Origin: Bugula neritina | Taxonomy: Eukaryota > Animalia > Bryozoa | DNA: 64,000 nt | NCBI GenBank assembly: GCA_964035545.1 | Contig: OZ037765.1 | Location: forward strand, 25,977,504-26,041,503 | Reading direction: 5' to 3' | In this document: piece after piece, positions 13,080 through 24,500 of the stretch | How positions within the stretch are numbered: the first letter of the stretch is position 1 | How the letters are laid out: each line of letters begins with the position of its first letter | Made by a program: the position numbers and the translations under genes | Notes under the pieces: generated by a model | What the model was told of the DNA's origin: nothing | Database searches by the model: none | The model's input: only the letters and a program-made list of their open reading frames with translations

Positions 13080-15250
13080 TGACAATCACAATCACACAAT
13101 GGTCAACGGCCAATTAGTATTAGAGTGAGAATGGGTAATGGGAGTGTGACCGAGCTTAGTATTTTCTAAGATAATAAAATAGACAAATACTAATACTAAT
13201 AGTAATAATAATACTCAAGTCACCATCACTATGACCCTGAACCTCAAGCAAATATGAACTTGGACAGTTGTAGTTCAATATGATTATGATAATTATGACT
13301 TGAACTCAGTTTAAGTTTTGACTCAGTGATGCTAGTAATACTCATAATCATGCTGATAGTCATATTGATAATCAAAATCATAATCAACCATAATGATAAC
13401 ATTAACTCACCTCGTAAAAAGGATTATTATGATTTTCATAATCACCTACACTATCAACTATCATAATGATTAACTTTAAGTGATAATGATACTTAAAGTT
13501 AATCTCATACTGATATGAGTGCTACTCATCCTGATAGTGATACCCATGGCCATACTGATACTGATAGACTAAAACAGTCAATTTTATAGTGATACTCAGT
13601 ATCAGTATGACTAAGTGTAATAGTATTACTGTAATACTAATACTCAGTAATACTAATACTATTAGTATTAGTAATAGTAATACTTAGTCTTATACTTATA
13701 GTTATACTTATAGTTATACTATCACTGATAGTGATAGTATCAATATGAGTATCATACTCACTGTACTGATACTGATAGTATAAGTATAACTATAAGTATA
13801 ACTCAGTATAACTATAAGTCTTACTATTACTATTAGTATTACTATTACTCATTACTGTATTACTATTACTATTACTATTAGTATTACTATTACTATTAGT
13901 ATTAGTATTAGTCATACTGATGGTCATACTGATACTAATACTCATGGTGTCATAGCGCAACTGTCAGACTAATTTCTAAGAGTAACTGTATTACTATTGA
14001 AAATAAATAAAATTAGGTGTTGATAATGATAATCATAATCTAAATCATAATCATATTTTACCTTGGATCTAGAATTTAACCACCGATATGTGATAATAAT
14101 AGTCTTAGTGACGGTCATAGCACATTGAACATTCCTTAGGCTTATTGGTTGTAGTTGAACCTACGCCGCGCACGGGCTATACCTTTTCCCACCATATCAC
14201 CTTACTAATAATACTATAGTAATTGTCCTCCGAAAAAACATACACGACATGCTATCACGTGATCATGATTCCATACTTATTGATGGAGGTAGAAATCTTC
14301 AGAGCTCACTACTTTCATTCACCATTGTGCCGATGCCTGATTAGTGATTGGCAATCACTCTATGCAAATGGCTCTCAATGGTTATGATAATGACAAAAAG
14401 TTGTTGTATATTTAGTTATTACCATTATCCGTAAAAACGCATTTTACAAATTTTCACCATATCAGCATCAACTTGCATTAATTATTCCACAGTAGACTTA
14501 GCCCTAGAAGTAGATCACTAGAAGTACTACCCTACGACTACAGTACAGTGAGTACTGGTAGTAGTAGTAGTACTAGTACTACTACTAGTAGAAGTAGAGA
14601 GAAACCAATATGAATTTAAATTTAAATTTTAATTACAATTTGAATGTCAATTTGCGTTAGCCTTAGGCTTTACAACCTCTACATCGGCATAATGTGATGT
14701 TAGGAAGAGCATCCAATCATAATCATAATGATAATTGCTCCTGTGCCCCATCTGAATAAGTCCTTGGCCCAATAAATGAATAATTAGCAAAAACCCTTTC
14801 ATCAGGTTTTCTCACAAGGAATAGGATAGCGACTATAAACTTAATCATGATCATGATGATGATAGTAATAGCCGTATGCATTTTCATGCAATCATCTAAA
14901 CAGTAAACACAGATGTAATACTAATAGTAATACTAGTAGTAATACTAATACTAATAGTAATACTAATAGTAATAGTAATAATTGCACTAAGTTTATCATT
15001 ATGATAAATATAATGATTGCACTTTAAATTACAGTGTGAAGCTAAGAGTAAGTGTTAGTGTGAGTGTTTAGGATTATCATGTTATTCATTTGTCTTGGAG
15101 GGGAATACTAATAGTAATAGACTAATAGTAATAGTAATGCTATTACTTGTACTAATGCTAGTAGTAAGAGTAATGTCCAAGACTGATGATTATAATCATT
15201 ATATTTTGTTTTTAATATTTATTGTCATTTTAATTATTTGAATAGCGATT
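13080..15250. repeat. Degenerate hexamer-periodic low-complexity arrays (ACT/AGT core), partly quasi-palindromic
   Basis: Runs of tagtat/tactaa/tactat/tactta/tagtta/tcatac units. Inverted arms ttatacttatagttatacttata (~13690) and tataagtataactataagtataa (~13780). Confidence 0.8.
14694..14842 (+). mobile_element. SINE fragment (3' part), same family as the copy at 60599-60765
   Basis: gtgatgttaggaagagcatcc...ataattgctcct...tgaataagtcctt...gcgactataaactt aligns by eye with the reverse complement of 60599-60710. Confidence 0.7.
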
Positions 15251-15942
15251 TTTATATAGAATGAGACTAAGTTCAAGTTTAAAATAAATATTATAATAAT
15301 TATTAATTACTCAATAAGTGTTATACATATAAATAGAGTTTTTAACACACTAAAGCTAATTGTTAGACTTAGAGCCGCAGCCCCCAGGCTTATATTTATT
15401 TAATTATTTTACCTTGATAATTATCACAGCTAGTGAGTGTTGTCATTTTAGCAGCTTCTGCTGCAAAATCAATTTTTTTATAAAAACAGAACCAAAGCAA
15501 GCTGCAAACATGCATGTTTATATATTTTTCTGACTCCATTTTGCACGTTTTCTGTGCTATAATTATATTATCACTCATGTATTGTATGTACAAACAATCA
15601 TGTCTCATTTGGACCCATCTCAGGTTTTCTAATAATTTTTTTTCATGTTTAGTCATTACTAATTAGTGTGAAGTGACTTATTAGGTTACTTTTATGTATT
15701 GTCCAATATGTTAGCATGTTTACCTTGAAGTTCTGCCTATTGTCGATCTTCAAACTTCATTGATATTTAGTTTTAGCTGCCATAATTGCATTTTGTTTTT
15801 AGATGGGGATGGTCATACAGGAATAAACTCACTCAGTTACTCATGGTGTGTTAGTGTCAGTGCGAACTTGCTAATACTTGTATCTCGTTGTTTATGATTA
15901 AAAAGACCCGAAAAGAATTGTACAAACGTGAAGTTAATAAAC

Positions 15943-17092
15943 ATGGCATATCCTTGGTTCGCAAAATCTAGCCATATTTGGAAAGTGTTCTGTTGCACAA
16001 ATGCTGCCAATTTAAATGGGGCTCAAACTTTAAACTATTTATACATAAAAGGTTGTTCATGGAAGATGTTGCAACCATTTGCAGTTAGAGGTTATACAGC
16101 TGCTCCGCCACCAGCCAAAAAACTTGGTACGTATTAGTAAAATAATTATTGAGTTAGTTGCAGTTACATTTAAAACTCCTACTGCTTGGCTTTTTGTGTT
16201 TAGAATAATTTGGTAATATAATAAGTTGAAGCAAATCCCGCATTGCTAGATGATTTGGCACCACAAAGATTTAGCCCCATTAATTCTAAAGCATTTATGG
16301 CAATCATTTTAAATTTCTTTTTGCTACTGCTGGTATGTTTTATATTAGCAGCTCAAGTTTGTATAGAACTTTAGACCAACAATAACAATCCTACTGTTAC
16401 TAAAATATCAACAGCAAAGGCAAAGTTAAGACCATGAAGATTAAACTCTAGATTTAAATAAATGGAGAAAACGATAATGGCATTTCACCTTATATTTGTT
16501 TCTCATATTTTGGTAATAAATCCTTGAAAATGTCTGCAAGTAGATAGTCAGCAGCTAATGGAGATGGGTTAAAATCTATTAAGACTCTCCAATATCTGTG
16601 TTAATACTATGAATATAATGGGCTCAATACAACCTTCTAAATTGCACTATAAATCTTCTACATTCTGTAAACTCTTTAGAGTTTCAGTATAGTTTTGTTG
16701 TAAATAGTATTTTCTTTTCAAAACTGGTGTGTTACTTCATGTATATACATTGTGGAAACTTATTATCTGTTACAGAGTATATGTAATTTTATTCAAAAGT
16801 TTCTTTTTCCATTTTAGGAGCGATGTCCACAACTGCACGACCTGGAATTGAAGTAGAGACTAATGCAGAAACTTTAACCAAGTACTGTTGTGGTGCAAAT
16901 ATTTATAAGGATGGTTCAGATCCTGAATTAAAACCGGACAATGAATATCCAGATTGGTTATGGTCACTAGACATAAACCCATTTGGAAAGACTTTAGATG
17001 ATTTGGATAAAGACACATTCAAGTACTGGAGATACATTAGAAAAGAGCATATGAAAAGAAATAATGCAAAAGCTAAAATTCGCTTCAAATGA
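15943..17092 (+). CDS. MRPL54: Mitochondrial ribosomal protein L54 (mL54), 2 coding exons, 152 aa
   Basis: Exons 15943-16126 and 16818-17092 join in phase (459 nt). Presequence-like N-terminus and CCGANIYKDGSDPELKPDNEYPDWLWSL motif. Confidence 0.9.
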
Positions 17093-17296
17093 GAACGCAG
17101 ACTACTTATTGATATGCTAGATCCAGCAAAGTCAATATTTGTTATTTCATTGATGAAGACTATTATTGAAAATCAATGCACAGTAGGTTTTTAAAAATCA
17201 TATAGGACACCTGTTTGTTGGTTGTATCTTTATCAAATCAAAATACAATAAAATTTCCACAACAGAAAAATTGTGCTTAAAAACTACTGCTATTTA

Positions 17297-17339
17297 TTAG
17301 ATAAATTGGGTAGTGATGAATACGCTTCAATTGTAAAAA
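17297..17339 (+). repeat. Inverted 43-bp copy of PEX11 exon 2 segment 18619-18661
   Basis: ttagataaattgggtagtgatgaatacgcttcaattgtaaaaa versus exon (sense) ttagataaattgggtagtgatgaatatgcttcatttgtgaaaa: 40 of 43 identical. Confidence 0.93.
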
Positions 17340-17408
17340 AAGAGCTGATAAAATGTTGGTAGTGAAAGCCTGTAATAAATAATTTTGAAGTAATTTACCA
17401 ACTTATTT

Positions 17409-19024
17409 TTATTTGTTTTGGAGTTTTAAATGTTCATTCCAAATAGTCAAAAGTCCAATTATTGAAGAAATGGCTCCAGTTGTTCCTTGCACTACACCAG
17501 AGATGCTTACATACTGTAAACTATTCATTGGTATTAATACATCAAATGCATTCTTCGCAGTATCCAAAGCAGTAGGGAGAACTTGAGGCACGCTGCTCAT
17601 TCCACGCCTCTGGATATGCCCTTGTGAATTTCTGTGCTGCTGGATTCGGTGCCAATCGTATATATTTCTAATCAAATTGACTATAGAGCTTAGCAGCCAG
17701 AATTGGTTGCACAATTTTGAGATTGGCTTTATGTCAATGTTTATTGCCTTCACTCTATGCAGCCATAAAATATGATCCAGAAAAAGAAAACAAGCACTAG
17801 ATATTCTAGATAGAGCAACACAGGACTGGATGACTATATCTTGAATGTGGAGAGCATCTTTGGCAGCATACAGCATTTCCAGGCTTTTCCCAAGTCTCAA
17901 CACTAAAAGAAAAAGCATAAAACAAATTGAATGTTTTTGTAAGGTGCAAGCTAATGCCAAACATCAAAATAAAGTGACTAAAATTAATTTTTATGATAAC
18001 TTTAGGCAAAGGTTCTGTCTCATTCAATAATATACAACTTGCTAGTATATGTGTTCAAAAGTTATAGGAGTTGTCTGCTTTTGGAAAGATGATGAGCAAA
18101 GTTGATAAAGATAACATAGACTTGATAATGCATCTGTAATCTATATACTATGATAAACAACTATAAGTAACAATTTTAAAAAGTTATTTTTAAGTGAACA
18201 GTTTAAAGAAAATTAATTTAAAAATCACTCAAATAATAATCTGTGGCAATTTAAATAATATTATAGTTATACCCCACAATTTTTCAGTTCCATCAACTGT
18301 ATTTTAGTAAATTTAAAACATTTCAATGATCACGATGGTTGCAAATAAATTGTCTGCTAAGAAAATTACTGGAGAAAAAAATTTTAGCAAAAATTTTCTA
18401 CTTTTTAAATCAAGTTATCATTAAGTGAAGCTAAAATATCAGTGAATAAACCTTCAAATGAAAAGACTTATTGCTGTAATCGATCAAAACTAGAAGAACA
18501 CAAATTGTGTTCTTATGTCTTTGTTTACATTTAACACTAAAAAGGAAGTAAAACAAATTTTACAGATTAACTTTACATTTCCGGGCTGTGCTGATGCTTG
18601 AATCTAATTTCTTGAACCTTTTCACAAATGAAGCATATTCATCACTACCCAATTTATCTAACAAATCTGCAAGAGCTCGGAAACTGTATTGTAGCAGCCT
18701 GCAAAACAATTCAGTAACTGATGCAGCAAACAAATTGATTAGCAAACAATTATCAGATCATAACTAATTCACAAATATTTCTTCATATAACTTTTAATAG
18801 CCTTCAACTTTACAAAATACCTATTCTTAAATCTTTTTGAATAGATGCTGATCCAAAGTAAGCAATTTTATTAATTATATTAATAGGAAATGCCAGCCAT
18901 TAAACCTGCCTAGGTTGCACAAAAAACATGCTTTGCAGTTTTATCCAAAGTATTACCTGCAAAACTTGTCCCTTGCTCCTGTCTTATTGCCAAATGCTAT
19001 AAGTTTCTTTGAAAAGTTGGACAT
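17409..19024 (-). CDS. PEX11: Peroxisomal membrane protein PEX11, 3 coding exons, 227 aa
   Basis: Exons 18957-19024, 18577-18698 and 17409-17902 sum to 684 nt. Motifs GARDKFCRLLQY, STARKLLRLGK, FLFLDHILWL, DTAKNAFDVLIP and GAISSIIGL. Confidence 0.92.
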
Positions 19025-20028
19025 TGCCCTGAAGTACTACAAATATTAATTAATAAGGACTTGTGACACGATTTCAAACTTAATAAACATAATATTGTAT
19101 GAACATGGTTGAATGACACTTCAACAAAGTATGAAGTAATAATTATTTAACATCTGCTTAGTTTTGATAAGATGAGGTTTAAAATATGTTAACAAAGACT
19201 TATTACATTACAAGTTCAAGTGGTAACTGCACAATCCTCAAAGTAACCAAAAATATGATACTTAGAGTTGATGTAAAATGAAAGAAATAATGTTATATTC
19301 CTACTTGATCTCAACACATTGTCAGTCGATTAATTCCATTTACAACAATCTAAATTTTTATATTATATTAAACATCAGTTATAGGTATTCTATGACTAGT
19401 AGTTTAACAGTAACAAATATTATTTGATGATTTTTCAAGTCTACATTCAGCTATGTAGCTTACAATGTACTAAATTTATATTAACCTGCAGCCCATTTGT
19501 GTAGTATAGCTAGAATTCAAAACCTTCAACCAGTATTGGGTTTCAATTTGTCTTAATTTTTAGTAACATTTTAATTTCCTCAAGCATCATTACATTTATG
19601 AAATATGACATGTGAATAGCTGCATTTAACTCAAATTTAAATGTGTTGAACTAATCTTATTTTTACACAACCCTTTTGGAATGTTAGCAATGTAACACAA
19701 ATTAGGCCTAACACTGTTTTTATTTATAGTTTTAAAAAGAAGCATAACTATAAAACTAAAATTAGAACAATAACAGTTATAAAACCACAAAAGCTATAGT
19801 AATTAGTATGTAGCCTGTGAAACTGTAGTTTAGTGTACATATTAGCCTTAGGTAGAGTACAAAATATCAATTGTGAATACCAGTACCAATATAAATGTCA
19901 CTTGTTAATCAATAAAAGCAGCATTAATCTATTGTAAAAATTAAAAAATAACTTATGGTGAGCTATCATGCAATTAAATCTACATTTAAGATTCAGTTTT
20001 ATCTAACTACTAGCATAAGTATTACTAT

Positions 20029-20334
20029 TGTGGTGGCTCGTGGAGCTACCAGCAACACAATACGCAAGGTTGCGTATTGACCCGGAACAATGTATTAGCC
20101 AATTAGCTAGGCTGTTTTATAAATAATAGTAGCCGCTTCGCGCTACTAGCTCAGTTGAGGATAGTGCTGTAAATTAAATAGACGTGCGTATCATTACTGT
20201 TGTACATTAGATTTTATTATGTATTCTTGTATTAAAATATAACGATATCTACTCGACTTAACTCGGTGAAGTTTCTCTAGTGTTAAATAGACTCTCTTGG
20301 TGGCACATCAACCCTAAATCTGGAAATCATAACA
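20029..20334 (+). repeat. Gypsy 5' LTR (306 bp)
   Basis: No differences from the 3' LTR found by eye. Contains a TATAAATA element and the hairpin caatacgcaa-gg-ttgcgtattg. Confidence 0.97.
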
Positions 20335-20335
20335 G

Positions 20336-20353
20336 TGGTGGCAGCAGTGGGAT
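20336..20353 (+). promoter_or_regulatory. Primer binding site complementary to the tRNA-Leu 3' end
   Basis: TGGTGGCAGCAGTGGGAT one base after the LTR. Its reverse complement ATCCCACTGCTGCCA-CCA matches the eukaryotic tRNA-Leu 3' end pattern. Confidence 0.85.
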
Positions 20354-20368
20354 TTGTGTATATCAAAG

Positions 20369-21235
20369 ATGGAGACTGAAAATGCTAGAATGCAACCACC
20401 CCCAGTAGAAGGTGAGCGTAGAAATGCTGTTAATCCTGTGAATCGTGAAGGAGAAGAAGCTTATAGACATTGCTTGAAAGCTCCCACCTTTACTGGGTCG
20501 GAAGATGTCGAACAATTTATACAAGAATTTAGAGAGGTAATGGAAGTTGCTCAATGGCCGCATAGAGTGGCCCTTATTCAATTGCGGAGAGCGGTGACGG
20601 AGCAAGCCAAGCCGTACGGAGTGGGAACGGACGTAGACGGGATACTGGCTGCGCTGCGGGCCCGTTTTGGCACCTCCGTAATAGACGCTAGGACCAAGCT
20701 AGAGAGATTGTGCCGCACCCCGCGGACCTCGCTGCAAGAACATGCCGCGACGGTGAAGAAGCTGGCGCAGATTGCATATAGCGATCTGCCAGCACAACAC
20801 CAAGAGCGTTACACCTATGACGCCTTTGTCCAGTCACTAAACGACCTGGGCCTAGACCATCACCTACGAGCTAAAGGGATAACCAGAATAGAGGATGCCC
20901 TGAAGGCTGGAGAAGCTTACCTGTTGGCTACCCAAATGCGTCGAGCACAAAGGAACCCACCAGTAGTTGGAGTCAGCGCTGCCAGGGCTACGACAGGCTA
21001 CGAAGCCCTCCCGCTGGAAGCCGAAGTGGACCGTATGGTAGAGATGCTGGGACAACTGGTAACCATTCTGGCCGGTGCTGGCCCCGGTCGGGCCCTGCAG
21101 GTGCCCCCAACACCTGTGGGGCAGGGCTGGAGTAGCGCTGATCAGGACCAGGGACAGAAAGGACGACCCCAATACCAGGGGGCGTTAAACTGTCACGGCC
21201 CGCGGACACTCTCCCTCCCCGCGGGCCGCAACTAA
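20369..21235 (+). CDS. gag: Gypsy Gag (288 aa from first ATG)
   Basis: KAPTFTGSEDVEQFIQEF...W capsid-like N-terminus; first ORF after the PBS; no intact CCHC knuckle. Confidence 0.88.
   Translation: METENARMQPPPVEGERRNAVNPVNREGEEAYRHCLKAPTFTGSEDVEQFIQEFREVMEVAQWPHRVALIQLRRAVTEQAKPYGVGTDVDGILAALRARFGTSVIDARTKLERLCRTPRTSLQEHAATVKKLAQIAYSDLPAQHQERYTYDAFVQSLNDLGLDHHLRAKGITRIEDALKAGEAYLLATQMRRAQRNPPVVGVSAARATTGYEALPLEAEVDRMVEMLGQLVTILAGAGPGRALQVPPTPVGQGWSSADQDQGQKGRPQYQGALNCHGPRTLSLPAGRN
21184..21228 (+). promoter_or_regulatory. Putative programmed -1 ribosomal frameshift signal
   Basis: G_TTA_AAC heptamer in the gag frame (21184-21190), 5-nt spacer, then a perfect 10-bp GC stem (21196-21205 with 21219-21228). 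The -1 frame stays open to 21645. Confidence 0.8.
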
Positions 21236-21523
21236 AGGAGTATGGTGGAACGCGCCGTCGTCTGTCCGTACGGACACGGCGGAACATTCCACCCGAGTGG
21301 CAGGTACCACGCAGGACTAGTAGGCCCGCACAACGGCCCAGTACCTTCTCCCTGCCACTCGCTAACCGGTTTCACCGGTTACCTCGGGAAGAGGAGCCCG
21401 CCACTGAAATGGAGCCAGAAGGCCCAGTGGAGAGCCCCAAACCCCGCCGGCACCAACCTCGCCGCCGGAAGCCCCGTAAACCACGGGTGAAACCCCCACT
21501 GTCCTGTCAATCCAGGACAGCAC

Positions 21524-24500
21524 ATGCGGGGGGGGGTGAAAGTACAACCACATGGAGAGAGCTATTTCCTACCCGGAAAGGTGGCTGGCAACGCCGTCAC
21601 TTTCCTGCTCGACTCCGGTTGTACTACCAACCTTCTCAGTCGTAGAGTCTTTGAGGCACTGCCCCGCCGGGACAGGGATAGAGTACGACCGTATACTGGA
21701 GAACATGGCACCCTGGCAGACGGGTCATGTATCCCCTTTTATGGTATTATCGAGCTCCCTGGGCGTGTCCGAGATCAGGCTGTACAGGAGACCTTTATCA
21801 TAGGTCAACTGGAGGAAGATGCTATCCTCGGAATGCCCTTCTTGAAGCAACACCAGTGCCGAATAGATTTTAGTAAGTCGGTGGTGCTGATGGGCGGGCG
21901 AGAACTCGCCTGTGTGGATAAGTTTGGGCGTCCTCTGGTGGGCGGTGTTCAGGTAGTTCGAAACTGCACCGTACCCGGACGCTCCAGAGCTACTATCCAC
22001 TGCCGAGTGAACAGCAACCGGATAGCCAGGCTCGGGGTTGTTGAAAGCGCGCACGAAAAGATCCAACTCGCCAGTAGTTTAAACCGACTAACTGAGCGAG
22101 GGGAGGTCTTAGTGCAGTGCGTCAACCCCTTTACCGAGCCCATTGAGCTCCCAGCTGGGTCAATGCTGGGCCGGTTCCATTCCGTCCAGGAAGAGGACGT
22201 GGGCCCGTCGCTGGGTAACGCGACGGAGGCACCCCCTCGACACCCTATTCAGGGACGAGGGGCAGTCCCAACACATCTCCGGGAGTTATACGAAACAGCC
22301 AGTGGCGGCTGCGCGAGTAACAGAGAACGCCAAGCTATGGCCAAGTTACTACGCGACTACGGTGATGTGTTCAGCAGCGGAGAGCATGACGTGGGACTGA
22401 CTGGAATTGTCAGACACGAAATACCGCTGACTGCAGGGACAGTCCCTGTCCGGCAGCCCACGCGCAGGCTGGGGCCGGAGAAAGAGAAGGAGGTTAGCCG
22501 ACAAGTACGGGATCTTCTGGACCGGGGACTGATAGAGCCCGCTCATAGTGCGTGGAGCTCGCCAGTCGTACTGGTCCGGAAGAAAGACGGCAGTTGGCGG
22601 TTCTGTGTGGACTACCGCAAACTCAATAGCGTAACCATACAGGACGCCTACCCTCTACCTCGTATTGACGAGTCATTGGACGCCCTAGCCGGCAGCAAGT
22701 ACTTCAGTACGTTAGACTTGCTAAGCGGCTATTGGCAGGTTCCTCTGAGTCCCGACGCCCAAGAGAAAGCGGCGTTTATCACACGGGACGGTTTGTGGAA
22801 GTGGAAGGTGCTGCCCTTCGGGTTAACCTCCGCCCCAGCCACCTTCCAGAGGCTGATGGAACAAGTCCTTAGCGGACTCCATTGGAAGACACTGTTGGTC
22901 TACCTCGATGATGTCATCGTAATCTCCCCAGACTTCGAGACACATGTCAGTCGTCTGCAGGAGGTTTTCGAGAGACTCCGAGGTGCCGGTCTTAAGCTCA
23001 AACCTTCCAAGTGCGCTCTGTTGCAGCCGGAGGTCAAGTACCTGGGGCACGTTGTCGGTCGAAACGGCGTGGCAACGGATCCCGAAAAGGTACGGGCAGT
23101 AGAAGACTGGGTCACCCCCCAAGACTTGACCGGACTCCGGGCTTTCTTGGGGCTGGTAGGGTATTACAGGCAATACATACCAGACTTTGCGGGCATAGCC
23201 CAGCCGTTAAACCGGCTCACCGCAAAGGGAGTGACGTGGCAGTGGACTCCAGTCGAACAAGAAGCGTTCGACCGCCTCAAGGGCTGCCTCCTAACGGCGC
23301 CCATCTTGGCCTACCCAGACCCCACTCTGGAGTACATCCTAGACACGGACGCCAGTGACCAGAATGTTGGCGCTGTGCTGTCACAAGTGCAGGAAGGCCG
23401 AGAGGTAGTAGTAGCCTACTACAGCAAGTCTCTCTCTCCCGCTGAACGAAATTACTGCACTACCCGCAAGGAGCTGCTGGCAGTAATCAAGTCAGTGAAG
23501 CACTTCAGACCATACCTATATGGCAGGAAGTTCCGGCTGCGTACGGATCATGCCTCGCTGATCTGGTTGTGCAGGAGAGCAGAGCCCTCTAGTCAGGTCG
23601 CCCGGTGGCTCGAAATCCTAGCTGAATTCTCATACCGGATCGAACATCGACCGGGCAAGAGACACAGCAATGCGGATGGGTTGAGTCGCCGACCTGACGG
23701 AGGTTGCAAACAGTGTCTCAACATCGAGAGGAGGGATGGAGGTCCCCCACGATGCGAGTTGGAGACGCTGGCTCATCACGGAGCACCGTTTGACTGGGAT
23801 CAAGGTCAACTCAGGCAAAGAGTTGATGAGTCCCCGGAGGATGTACAAAACCTCCGCGCCAACCCTGTACTGGCCGGTAATGTTCGAGAGCTGAAGAAGC
23901 TCCAAGAAGAGCTGCCTGGAGTCGTGGCAGACATATACCGGGCCAAAAGGGAAGGGCGACGACCCAGCGAGGAACGCATACGACAGGGATGCGCCGAGTT
24001 CCGGCTATACTGTCAGCGTTGGGACTCGCTGCGGATCGGGCAGGATGGGTTGCTAACCATCTCTCTAGCTGCCAGTGGCAGACACCCGGAAAGGAAGAAG
24101 GTAGTCTGCCCCACAGCCATCCGCCGTGAGTTGATTTGGGATACTCACAAGCAGGCCCACGCAGGGGTCAAGCGAGTGATATCCAAATTACGACTCCGGT
24201 GGTATTGGCCGCAGATGGAGCGTGACGTCCGGCTCAGAGTCAAACAGTGTGAGATCTGCCAGGCCAGTAAGCATAGCCGCCCCCCTGGTGAAGCAGGACG
24301 GCGGAGGCTATATGCTGGTAGGCCCTGGCAAGTAGTCGCTGTAGACCTGGTCGGACCCATGCCCCTGACCCCCAGAGGCAATAATTGGATCCTAGTACTA
24401 ACCGACCACTTTACTAGGTGGGCGGATGCTCTGGCTATCCCAGATGCATCAGCCCCAACAGTGGCCAGGGCGCTAGACCAACATGTATTCTGTTATTTTG

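Noticed and set aside
21233-21490. Stop-codon readthrough from gag to pol, which share a frame
   Set aside because: It would need two readthroughs (TAA 21233 and TGA 21488); the -1 frameshift cassette explains the layout better.
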